The notes under the pieces were generated by a model. That model was not told where the DNA came from. It worked only from the letters and a program-made list of their open reading frames with translations, and did no database searches. A stretch of 63,796 nucleotides of DNA, filler included, from Globobulimina sp. (Eukaryota), in assembly GCA_003354225.1 (NCBI GenBank). It is 38 parts of 38 records of this genome, joined end to end, with 100 filler letters (N's around TTAATTAATTAA, not from the genome) between each part and the next. Parts side by side here need not be neighbours in the genome. Positions count along the whole stretch, not along the records: positions 37,009 to 38,589 come from PIVH01014543.1; positions 38,690 to 40,270 come from PIVH01014544.1; positions 40,371 to 41,951 come from PIVH01014545.1; positions 42,052 to 43,632 come from PIVH01014546.1; positions 43,733 to 45,313 come from PIVH01014547.1; positions 45,414 to 46,994 come from PIVH01014548.1; positions 47,095 to 48,675 come from PIVH01014549.1; 31 more parts are not named here. One strand, 5' to 3'. Position numbers and translations under genes: made by a program. This document shows, one piece after another, positions 37,543 through 48,300 of the stretch. How positions within the stretch are numbered: the first letter of the stretch is position 1; every line of letters starts with the position of its first letter.

Positions 37543-38589
37543 ATGTGGTTGCTACTTTTTATTGTTGTGTATTTCGTTACAGCGCATTCATACTATTTCC
37601 AATATGGCGCGAAGCAAGTTTTAATGGATGAGTGTGGTCCGACGAATACATATATTGTCAATATACGGTTAGATAAGCCATCACAATGCAAGATTTCATC
37701 GGATATTGGCGGGCAACATTGGTGGGGAGCTGCGGACATTGAAGCTTTGAATGCATTGATTGGTATCCAAGACATTGGCGTTGCAAACATCTCTATCAAA
37801 TCCATGTCGACCATTCAACTGTTACTACCAGACGGGAATTATGAAATCATTGCCGATTTTAATAAACATATTATGTACGTTTTTACATTAAAGCGAGCCA
37901 ACGACATCACTGCATTAGGAATACCAGCAATATCTGATAACTATGTATTAATTAAAAGATGCCAAATCCAGCACGGACACGATATGAATATGCCTAACAC
38001 AGTAAATCTATCATCAGCAAGTAAACAAATATCCCGATCAATTCCGCGGAGTTCAGCTCCGCAAATTGTTGCATCCAAACCAAGGCCAAAAACAAAAGCA
38101 GAGGCAACAGGTCCGCTAATATGGACGGACAAAGACAAAGAAATAATGCAATGTAAATGGATACAATATGATGAGATGGCTGATATGCACGCGGAGGCAG
38201 CAAATGTTTATGACGCTAAAGAGAAAAAATTATTTGTTTAGTTATCTTTATATTTGCAACCAAGTAAGTTTGTGATTTAATTATTTTATTTGTAAATTAG
38301 TATCCAAATGTCGTGTTAGGTGGCGCTGCCACATTATTTTCGTTTATTTCTGCGCTTGGAAGTATGCTCCATAATGTATAATTGTGTAAATATTAAATTT
38401 ATAATAATGATATGCATTCTTTTTAGGTGACGGCAAAGACATTTTAATGCCTACGGATTGGTGTCATGTTACTGTTGGATTATTGACTGCGGCAACATCG
38501 GTAATCACAGCGGTTGGGTATACGTACGGCAATGCTGCGTTAGCTGCGCGACATGTTGCTATTAGTAATGAATATCGGTTGATGGCGAG
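37543..38589 (+). CDS. Signal-peptide protein with C-terminal SLATT-like 2TM domain; exons 37543-38235, 38301-38361, 38427 to contig end
   Basis: Two 65-nt GT-AG introns join three segments in frame: ...MADMHAEAANVYDAKEKKLF|YPNVVLGGAATLFSFISALG|S...VTVGLLTAATSVITAVGYTYGNAALAARHVAISNEYRLM. Confidence 0.7.
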
Positions 38590-38689
38590 NNNNNNNNNNN
38601 NNNNNNNNNNNNNNNNNNNNNNNNNNNNNNNNNTTAATTAATTAANNNNNNNNNNNNNNNNNNNNNNNNNNNNNNNNNNNNNNNNNNNN

Positions 38690-40071
38690 AAGATTATGAA
38701 GTGTGCAATATGGTATTTGAACAACTGATCGACAAAAACAAATCCGATACGCCCTGCAAACCATTTGCGTCAAATAAAATTAATAAATCATCGGCTAACA
38801 AAGAATATGTATACATTCCATGCGGCAAAGGACCAAAAGAATGCTCTGTAACTTGGTTTGATCCAAATACGAATAAATCTCAACACTGTACTTTTGTATC
38901 CGGTTTCTCAGCAAATGCAATATTTCTAATACAAAAATGCGGATTGAAAGAAACTAAACTTGTCTTAAAACAAGATGTCAACAAAAAGCACATCAAGGTA
39001 TGTATGTAAAATAATAATAATTATTATCTACAGTGACAAATCTATTATAATTTGATATCAGTCTCCCTTTATCAATGATAAAATGGCAATGCAATTTGTC
39101 GAGTATGTAAAAACAATGCTTCATAGTAACCAAATGCTGCATATATGGACACCTTCGAATAGACCAATAATTACAACATATAAAGTATCTGGAAAACGTG
39201 GGAAATACGTATTGTACGAATATATTAAGGTAAGTGGATATAATTAATGTTTCTCCAAATTTAATAACAAATAGAAATATGCCCTTAACCTCAATAACAA
39301 AATGAATATTGCCAAACATTTGAATTTTTTATTTAGGTTAAGACATATTTGAATTTCACCGACATGAGCTAGCTCACATTATTTGTTATTAGAATCATAG
39401 AAACTACCCACTACCTTAAGTCTGAGCCGTTCTTCATCGATCTTAATAAAGAAAGAAATAAAAAGGCAGCAAAATTTAAATACCAGCGGGTTCAATCTGT
39501 ACTGACTGCAAACACAGAGAAATATGAATGTCATTCAACACCAGAAAAATTGCAAACTTTTTTCAATTCGCTTCGAGGAACATTTTTGGTGCAGCAATTG
39601 TTGGATTTGGGCGATCGCCATTTTGAAAATATTGTAATAAAATCAGATTGCACAGTGTTGAATATTGATTATGAAACCACCGATGTCAAAGGACAGCGGT
39701 GTCAACAAAATGATAAATACACATTTCCTTATTCTAGAGAATTAGATGAATATTTAACACTAATCGGTAAAAGGAATGAATTCAAACAAGCATTGTGTTC
39801 CGATTTAACAAACGTTATAAAATTGCTCCAGGGAAACCAAACAAAATTGAAGGAACTTAAATTGTATAAATTTATTTGGAATATGCGTATTAAAAAACTG
39901 AGCACATTGTTGTCTATTCATGATCCGAGCAAAGAGTGCAATTTAAACGAGATTTTTGAACGGGATAAGCGTGATATTGAGAAAAAAAATCGTGTGCATT
40001 GGAACATTATTTATTCCGAAAAAAAAAGGACAGTGAAAAACCAAACAGAAACATTCTTCAAAAATGGTTAG
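38690..40071 (+). CDS. Divergent PI3/PI4-kinase-fold protein, multi-exon, 5' partial
   Basis: LVLKQD in the first exon; LLDLGDRHFENI catalytic loop and NIDY in the last exon; internal exon boundaries not resolved. Confidence 0.7.
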
Positions 40072-40159
40072 TAACTTAGTATTCTTTATGATTTAAATGT
40101 TCATTTATTTTATTTTAGTTATTTTTTCTTCTTTTATTCTAAAGCAACCTCCAACCAGC

Positions 40160-40185
40160 TCCATGAATAATATATTATTCATGGA
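40160..40185. repeat. Perfect 26-bp palindrome TCCATGAATAATATATTATTCATGGA
   Basis: Sequence equals its own reverse complement. Confidence 0.95.
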
Positions 40186-40370
40186 CTACGACAGGGGGGT
40201 AAATTCATAGTAGAATTAGTCCGTAGGGCCTCTAGATTGAGGGGGGCTATAATATATTACAGTCCATAGGNNNNNNNNNNNNNNNNNNNNNNNNNNNNNN
40301 NNNNNNNNNNNNNNTTAATTAATTAANNNNNNNNNNNNNNNNNNNNNNNNNNNNNNNNNNNNNNNNNNNN

Positions 40371-40618
40371 TTATGAAGAGATTTCGAGGGGAAATTGAAG
40401 GATTTGTAACTTCGGCGCAGGAGTTGGATGAGGATACGTTTGAAGTGATTAAGAATGCGATCGAGAGTGCCAATCCAGGGAAGAAGATTACATTGGAAAG
40501 AGCAGTGGATCCTGGATTGCAGTCTGGATTTATTGTGAAAGCTGGTGTACAGCGATTTGATTTCTCGCTAGCGACTGTCATACATCAAGGAAGAATTGCT
40601 GTTGGATCTGTTGTTTAA
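40371..40618 (+). CDS. ATP5PO: Mitochondrial ATP synthase OSCP (delta) subunit, C-terminal part
   Basis: RGEIEGFVTSAQEL...VDPGLQSGFIVKAG...DFSL matches the OSCP C-terminal domain. Confidence 0.85.
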
Positions 40619-41031
40619 TATTGAATAGAATGACTTGCCTATAATAACACTTCATACTTCATAGATCCTCTCTTGACTCATTTAACATTTTTGACATATA
40701 TTTGTTATCTGATGCAAGACCTGAAGAAACAATTAATCCTCGCACATGTATTCACACTCTAAAACACCAAAAGTTTGGCAATAAATAGTGATTTCTATAG
40801 TTTTGAAGAAGATGATTTTAATTTATATTTTATTATTGCGAATTTGCGATCAAAAAAGAAAATGAATTATACATAAATTTAAACAAGATTACAAATATTG
40901 AGCGTATAACAGTGAGAATCACTACTTAGTACTTATCCATCTCCATCAATTTGTAACCTCTCACAAAAAAAATAAAAATAGAATTCAACACAAAATAAAA
41001 TAGGCGAATAAATAAAAATAATTATAAACTT

Positions 41032-41946
41032 TTAGCAAATATGGCATGCATAATTGAATACTATCCAAATAAAGACAGCCAAAATAATGAAAATAACAAT
41101 ATTAAAAAAATGGGTTCCTTTGAAGAAAATCCACAGCATTTTACATTTCATTTTAAACATATCGAGTTTTGAGATGTTTTCTAATTCAGAAACGATTATA
41201 TCATCAGAAATGGTGGGAACAGCCATAAATTCATTTAGTTGCATTCGTGTCGTTTTAACCTGATTAACGTTGGCCTCTTCATCTTCAAATCCAATGCACA
41301 TCCCACAAAATATCAATTCATTCTCGTCAATGCCCAGCACTCTTTTTAATGTTTTATGCCACAGTGCCCATGCGACCTGACAACAAGTTGATAATCCATA
41401 CTGTTGACATAATAACATCACAGTATTAATAATTATGCCCAAATCGGGGAATTGGCCATAACTCATTCTTTTGTCAATGGTGAATAACAAAGCAATGGGA
41501 GCACCAAAAAACGCCCAGTTTTCATTAATATGTTCCTTTCTTCCCTCCATATCATCTCTTCCAATGCCCTGTGCGGTGTATATTAATTTGCCGAGAGCGG
41601 ATTGGCGCTTTCTATATTTTGGAAAGTGCTTCTTAAAATATGATAAATCAAATATATGATCGACCCCCGGTAATACTTGAAACGCAAAAGGTATATCACC
41701 AAGTTGGCCTTGCTTGAATTTGTGTTGTATGATGTTTGTTAATTTAGTTTTTGTTTGGCCATGAATAAGATATATTTTCCATGGCTGGAGATTGCTCGAT
41801 GATGGACACTGTCGAGATTCATCTAATATTTTAATTATTAAATCGAGTGAAACCTCCTTCGGTAAGAATTTACGACACGAATGACGACAAGATACAGCTT
41901 CTGAAACTGTTAAAAGTTTGTTTTCTGTTAAGTGACTTTCAGACAT
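41032..41946 (-). CDS. FMN nitroreductase (PnbA/NfnB-like) with C-terminal TM tail
   Basis: RHSCRKF, PSSSNLQPW, FFGAP, DLG...ML...GLSTC, IGFED; hydrophobic C-terminus. Confidence 0.9.
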   Translation of the reverse strand: MSESHLTENKLLTVSEAVSCRHSCRKFLPKEVSLDLIIKILDESRQCPSSSNLQPWKIYLIHGQTKTKLTNIIQHKFKQGQLGDIPFAFQVLPGVDHIFDLSYFKKHFPKYRKRQSALGKLIYTAQGIGRDDMEGRKEHINENWAFFGAPIALLFTIDKRMSYGQFPDLGIIINTVMLLCQQYGLSTCCQVAWALWHKTLKRVLGIDENELIFCGMCIGFEDEEANVNQVKTTRMQLNEFMAVPTISDDIIVSELENISKLDMFKMKCKMLWIFFKGTHFFNIVIFIILAVFIWIVFNYACHIC

Positions 41947-42051
41947 GATTANNNNNNNNNNNNNNNNNNNNNNNNNNNNNNNNNNNNNNNNNNNNTTAAT
42001 TAATTAANNNNNNNNNNNNNNNNNNNNNNNNNNNNNNNNNNNNNNNNNNNN

Positions 42052-43222
42052 AAGGAGTTGGATTTGAACCTGATTGGCATCGAAAAGGTGGCGGGTGGGA
42101 GCGTGACGGAGTCCGAGTTGGTTCTCGGTGTGGCATTCAAGAAAACTTTCAGTTACGCCGGTTTTGAGCAGCAGCCCAAGGCCTTCGTGGCGCCGTTGAT
42201 CTTATGCTTGAATGTCGAGTTGGAGCTCAAGGCAGAAAAGGAAAATGCAGAGATCCGGCTGAAGGATCCGACCAAGTATCAAAGCATCATCGACGCGGAG
42301 TGGCAGATTATTTACAACAAATTGGACTTGATCGTGGCGAGCGGCGCCAAGGTGATATTGTCGCGGCTGGCCATCGGCGATTTGGCCACGCAGTATTTCG
42401 CCGATCGCGGCCTGTTTTGTGCGGGCAGAGTACCGGAGGCTGCGTTGAAGAGAGTGTGCCATGCCACGGGCAGTGTGGTGCAGACTTCTTTGGGCGATTT
42501 GAACGAGGCCGTGTTGGGACAGTGCGGTAAATTCGAGGAGAAGCAAATTGGTAATGTTTTCAATGCATTTTCTATGTTTTCTGTGATGAAATATCTGGAA
42601 ATATCTCTATTTGTGGCAATATGCAGGGAATCAGCGGTATAATTTCTTCACAGAGTGCGATTTGTTGCGGACGGCGACCATCATATTACGTGGCGGCGCG
42701 GAGCAGTTTATCGAAGAGACCCATCGCTCGCTGTGGGACGCCTTGATGGTGGTTAAGCGCTGCATTCAGCACTCGGACATTGTAGGGGGTGCCGGTGCCA
42801 TTGAGATGGAATTAAGCAAATATTTACGAGAGTATTCGTTGCAAATCGGGGACAAATCGCAATTAATCATCGCGTCGTACGCCAAAGCATTGGAAGTGAT
42901 ACCCCGCCAATTGTCGCATAATGCGGGCTTGGATTCGACGGATGTTTTGAATCGATTGCGATATCAACATGCGAGTGAGAATAATATTTGGTGCGGAGTG
43001 AATATTGAAAATGACGAGATTGGCATTGTGGATGCCGTGAAAGAGTTTATTTGGGAGCCGTCGTTGAATAAAAAATCTGCCATCGCAGCCGCCACAGAAG
43101 CGACGTGTACCATTCTATCCATTGACGAAACTATAAAGAATGCCAAGGCGTCGGATGCGGCAAACAATGCAAAAGCACCCATTCCGAATGCGAGACCTAC
43201 GGGAAAGCCGAGTATTAATTAA
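42052..43222 (+). CDS. CCT7: Chaperonin CCT subunit eta, 5' partial; intron 42551-42626
   Basis: [59 protein letters not shown]. Confidence 0.97.
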
Positions 43223-43732
43223 TTAGTGATTCATGTTTGACAATGACAATAAGAGACTTGTTCTTCTTTTTAATTGAAAATAAGTTGATTGATTAATATG
43301 TTGCCCAAATCTTGTTCGTTGAATCTTTCTTCCCAATCTTGTTCGTTTACTGTCAGATTTAAACGGTGATATGCTTAATTGCACAATACTAAGAAATCAA
43401 TTCTATTGCACAAATTCTCTGTGAATTGCTTTTCTTCACCACTTGTCATGCCAGTGTATCTTTTGGCATTGGTTTCATATGGCAATATTTAAGATTTCGT
43501 ATATAAGAGTGTTTCCAAATGTAGAGATACCGCAAAAAAAACGTGTAGATTTTCGAAGTAATAATACTTTTCTTTTGAAATTGTATACATTATCCTAGCA
43601 CTGTATGTAAATGTCCATAGGATTTTAAATTGNNNNNNNNNNNNNNNNNNNNNNNNNNNNNNNNNNNNNNNNNNNNTTAATTAATTAANNNNNNNNNNNN
43701 NNNNNNNNNNNNNNNNNNNNNNNNNNNNNNNN

Positions 43733-45313
43733 GTAATTCCAGTTTTGCTCTGGAAATGTTATCTATAACAGTCACAGTGTTATGAACGGAATATTTAGAT
43801 TGTCTAAATTGAGTTTGTTGATTATTATTAGTCAAATCAACGGATTCAAATCTATCGCTGTCTGTGGCTTGTTTTTGGTCGGCATATATGATTTTTTCTG
43901 CCTCACTGTCACTGTCACTGTCAGCTGTTGTAATATATGGTATTTCCCCGAATGGAATTATTGGACAAATGAATGTAGAAACATTATTATCGCGATGTTG
44001 TGCTTCAAATTGAATATAAATACATCTTAATTGCACAGACATTTTACCAATGACACACCACGAATATATGCTACATATTGGAAATATAAACAGCAATATC
44101 ATGCCAGCAATGTGTTGGGAATTCTGCCACGGATTCATTAGCAATGTCGTACAAAAATTAACAATGATGTTCACAGATGACATTTTGAGCAAAAATATAA
44201 GAAAAGGAAAATCATTTAGTATATTGGTGTAATTATAATGGTTGTAATAATTACCTCTCATAAAACGCATATTTATGCGGTAAATGATAAGAAATGGCGC
44301 AACCAATGCATAAAAACTTAGATATGAGGCAGCGTTCCCAGCATAATAAGGTATGAGCATCCATGTTGTAGCCATAGTAAATGGACAAAGTACCATAAAA
44401 TATATTGTCGTATATTTAAAGTTTTTAATGAATTGTTTCATTTCAATGCCTTGCCGATATTCAGTTGCTTCTACGTTATGAGAATGGCTGTTTTTACTCT
44501 CTGAAAAACGAATTTCATTCTCATATTCACTGACTTCAATCTCAGATTCTTGCTCATATTTTATTTGTTGCTTATTTGCAGAGGAAATACTTGGAATTTG
44601 TGGCTGTGGTAAATGAGTTTGATGCGGCTGTTGCAGCGGAGGAGGTGCATTATCTGATTCTGCTTCAACTACAACATAACCACCGTTGCCCTGCACATTA
44701 TTACTTTCGCCAAATGCATTTTCATCATTTCCCGGTCCATTGCCGGCATAATCAAAATCAAATGGATTATAATCCGGAATTGCACCATGTTCTTCTTCTT
44801 CAAAATACTCGTTTTGCATTGGTTTTGGTGCATTCATAGATGGCACCGATACACTCGGATTATTTTGATATCGGTCCGATTCACCTGCATTGTCATTGCG
44901 TTGCGTATAACCCAACTCTGGGAATGGTGCCGGTGATGGTGATGGCTGAACGTATTGGGTCTGAAACTGTGGCGGTGCTATGTGATGTGCGCCATATTCG
45001 TAGTTTGCCTGTTTTGAGTGTTGCAGATTATTTTGTCGATATAGATTTGGACCAAAGTCCCTTGCATCAAATGTGGATGTTCCCCGTGGATGAGTTGCCT
45101 CATTGTTTATGGCACTAAATTGTGGATTGTACAGAATAAATTTAATACACATATACCAGAATTGAATGGTAAATATTATACTGAATATAATCCAGCCATC
45201 ACTGATGGTGGAACAATCATTTCTGTATCGAAATAATGAATCAAAATACATCAACGATATAGGTAATAATACAATAAATAATAAAAAATTGCATCCATAA
45301 TGATGAATATACG
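43733..45313 (-). CDS. Multi-TM hypothetical protein with a long low-complexity loop, partial
   Basis: Open frame over most of the contig with several hydrophobic segments. Confidence 0.75.
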
Positions 45314-45500
45314 NNNNNNNNNNNNNNNNNNNNNNNNNNNNNNNNNNNNNNNNNNNNTTAATTAATTAANNNNNNNNNNNNNNNNNNNNNNNNNNNNNNN
45401 NNNNNNNNNNNNNACAATTCACATTTCATAAACACATCTGCATTTCAATTTTCATTTCATGAATATATTAGTGTCAAATGATCACTTTCACGGGTAGCAC

Positions 45501-46112
45501 TTATGTAGTGGATTTTTGTTGTGAGTTTTCTTTACTATTTTCTTGAGTTTCCGTTTTTTTATTAGCAGTTTCATCATCAGTATTATCATTGTCGCTATTA
45601 GTATTATTGTTTTTAACCTGAGTTCTTTTAGATCTACTTTCTAGTCCTTCTTTAATACCAAATAATTTATTTCCTAAAGCTCCCATTGTAAAAGCAATTA
45701 ACATTACTCCAATACCAATAATTTGTTTGATAGATACAGATTTTTTAAATATAAAATAAGCTAGTAATGTTGATATAATTACTGCACCATTGCTAATAGT
45801 TGTAATAATTCCGGGATTAATATCAGTTCCTAATTGGTATGCCCAATATAAAAGAACATTTCCTAGTAATGCACATATTCCAGCAAGAATAATTAGGCCT
45901 TTGTAATTATTTAAAATATTAGTTATACTAATAATAATATCATAATTTTTAGTTAAATAAATAAATGCTAAACCAAAAATTGCAAAAATACAATGAATAA
46001 TTGTATTAACAGCTGCAGAACCAAATCCTTGTACATCTAATAATTCATAGGCAATAGTTCCTTGAATACCAAATGATAATGCAGATAATATTCCAAAAAT
46101 CGACCAATTCAT
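45501..46112 (-). CDS. EamA/DMT-type transporter (single repeat plus polar linker), probably viral and possibly truncated
   Basis: Five TM segments; GNVLLYWAY...NPG...STLLAYFIFKKSVSIKQIIGIGVMLI is an EamA-like pattern. Confidence 0.8.
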   Translation of the reverse strand: MNWSIFGILSALSFGIQGTIAYELLDVQGFGSAAVNTIIHCIFAIFGLAFIYLTKNYDIIISITNILNNYKGLIILAGICALLGNVLLYWAYQLGTDINPGIITTISNGAVIISTLLAYFIFKKSVSIKQIIGIGVMLIAFTMGALGNKLFGIKEGLESRSKRTQVKNNNTNSDNDNTDDETANKKTETQENSKENSQQKSTT

Positions 46113-46134
46113 TTTTAAAATATAATTATATTTT

Positions 46135-46142
46135 AAAATTGA
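46135..46142 (+). promoter_or_regulatory. AAAATTGA Mimiviridae-type early promoter motif
   Basis: Exact octamer 31 nt upstream of the ATG at 46174. Confidence 0.65.
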
Positions 46143-46173
46143 ACCTAAAAATAAATTAGTAAAGAAATTAATA

Positions 46174-46452
46174 ATGTCAAGAGAAAATGATAGAGTTAGT
46201 CAATTAGAAGTTATTCAAAAAGAAGGAAAAGAATTATTTCGTAGGAAAAATCAAGATTATGGCGATGCTTTTGCTGATTATGGTGTTGTAGGAGTTTTAG
46301 TAAGAATGGGCGATAAAATTCGTAGATTTCAAAATATTAATTCAAAAGGAATTCAAGTGGTAAATGATGAAGGATTAAGAGATACTTTAATTGATCTACA
46401 TAATTACGCGGCTATGGCAATAATGCTTTTAGATGAAGATACAAAAAAATAG
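46174..46452 (+). CDS. DUF1599 / nucleotide-modification-associated domain 1 protein
   Basis: KNQDYGDAF, VRMGDKIRR, DEGLRDTLIDLHNYAAMAIMLL. Confidence 0.88.
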   Translation: MSRENDRVSQLEVIQKEGKELFRRKNQDYGDAFADYGVVGVLVRMGDKIRRFQNINSKGIQVVNDEGLRDTLIDLHNYAAMAIMLLDEDTKK

Positions 46453-46483
46453 AAAAATATTAAAATGATTTCTATATATATAT

Positions 46484-46987
46484 ATGAATCATATATATCA
46501 ACAGTTGATTCATTTTTTATTTAGTAAAAAGAAGATAGCATCATATAATGATTTTTTTAATCAGAAAGTTATAAAATTTGTTTTAATACATTGTTCTTGG
46601 ATAATTTTATTTGCAATAATTTATTATATAATAGATATTTGGATCGCTATGCATCCCGAAATAGCAAAAAAATATTTTATACCAAAATGGGTTTTAGAGT
46701 CAAAATCCGAAAAAACAAAAAAAGTTGTAGATGAAGAAATAAATAGATCAAAACCATTTTTTTATCATTTATATTTTGCGGCGTTAACACAGACAACAGT
46801 AGGTTATTCTGGACAGGTAAATAGTGATGGTATAACTATACCAATTTTGATGAAAGATTATATTTTTCAATTGGCAAATTTTTTACAACTGGTAACAATA
46901 TTTACAACACCAGTAATAGCATTATTTTGGCACCCAGATTCAGGAGAATTTTTCTTTTGGAAGAAAAAGAAAAAAAAATTGAAATAA
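46484..46987 (+). CDS. Minimal two-TM potassium-channel-like protein (viral Kcv type)
   Basis: TM1 IILFAIIYY, pore helix HLYFAALTQTTVGYS, TM2 LANFLQL. Confidence 0.8.
   Translation: MNHIYQQLIHFLFSKKKIASYNDFFNQKVIKFVLIHCSWIILFAIIYYIIDIWIAMHPEIAKKYFIPKWVLESKSEKTKKVVDEEINRSKPFFYHLYFAALTQTTVGYSGQVNSDGITIPILMKDYIFQLANFLQLVTIFTTPVIALFWHPDSGEFFFWKKKKKKLK
46975..46982 (+). promoter_or_regulatory. Second AAAATTGA motif, probably for the next (unseen) gene
   Basis: Exact octamer overlapping the last codons of the channel ORF. Confidence 0.5.
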
Positions 46988-47130
46988 AATTTTTNNNNNN
47001 NNNNNNNNNNNNNNNNNNNNNNNNNNNNNNNNNNNNNNTTAATTAATTAANNNNNNNNNNNNNNNNNNNNNNNNNNNNNNNNNNNNNNNNNNNNATTAAT
47101 AATATCTATTTCGAATACATTCAATTATGA

Positions 47131-48300
47131 TTAATGTCCTCCAAAATGCCTATCCTGCGCATTTGGACAATCTGCCGTAGTATGCCTGTTTGCTATACCA
47201 CATGTTTCACAATAATGAGGATAATAACACTGCCGAAAATTGAATTTATCTTTACATCTCAGCCATGATTTACTGAAAAAACGACATGCCGGCATCCCAA
47301 AGTATTTATCATTAATACACGTCGTTCCATGTTTATCTACATACATATCTGGCTTTGGACGACGTTGTGATTCGCCATTATTGCCTCTTTCCACCGCTCT
47401 CGAACCATATGCTCTGTCGTATCGCTCCTCGCTTTGTCTCTCATTACGTCTGTTATTATCATACTTTGTCCGGTTTTTATAATCCGAACCATTTCGTTTT
47501 CTGCGTTTATATGGTCTGTAGGGAGCGTCATCGCGTCGTCGTCTGTCATTCCGTTTGTTATTTCTCTCTTTATTTCTATATTCATTTAATTTCTTTTTTA
47601 ACTCAATGGGACAATCCTTTCTCCAATGCATCCCTCCACATGTAAAGCAATCTACTTTTGCTTTTTTCACATTTTGTTTTTTATAATCAGAATGCTGCTC
47701 ATTTCCAGATTGTTGCTGCGTTGTATGTTCACCAAAACCCATATCCTGCACTGCCTCCATCGATAAATCTTGCAACACCAAAACCGGCTTATCCTGCGAT
47801 TTCCGCATTTGGTGCCAATGATAATTAAAATCCGCACAGTTCCATCGAAGAATAGATAAATTGCTGTATTTCCTAAATTTATTCAAATTGAAGGCAATCG
47901 CCGTAATTTGCCAAAAATGTGGCGCCGATATACTTTTATCATTAATCAAAGAAACAATATTATTATTCACAAATTCCCTCATTGTCTGAAATCTGCCCAT
48001 TAAAAATGCGATCAATCGACCTTGATTTGGATTCTTTTGCGCATTTTTCATTAATATCTCTGTCACTCTCTGTATTGTCGTCCTCCATACTATCATGAAA
48101 TTGGTTTTCTTTTTCAAGAAAGCTTTCATTGCATTTTTCATCGAATTGCCAAAGATTAGATACAATTTCCAGTATGAGATCCAATTAAATTTAATAATAT
48201 AAAAAATCGATCCATGTCCATTCAATAAAAAAGATACCATTTCATTTAAAGCCATATCAATCTCTGCCTTTTTCGCAATTAAAATACCGTCAGATTGCAT
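47131..48300 (-). mobile_element. Gag-like ORF of a retrotransposon, probably DIRS/Ngaro (tyrosine-recombinase) type
   Basis: CCHC knuckle CFTCGGMHWRKDC, Arg-rich linker, terminal C...C...C-x3-H-x-C-x2-C...H-x4-C finger; intronless. Confidence 0.65.

Noticed and set aside
42052-42550. Foreign origin of the GC-richer CCT7 exon
   Set aside because: Splices through a typical short AT-rich intron to the rest of a core eukaryotic gene; codon bias is a sufficient explanation
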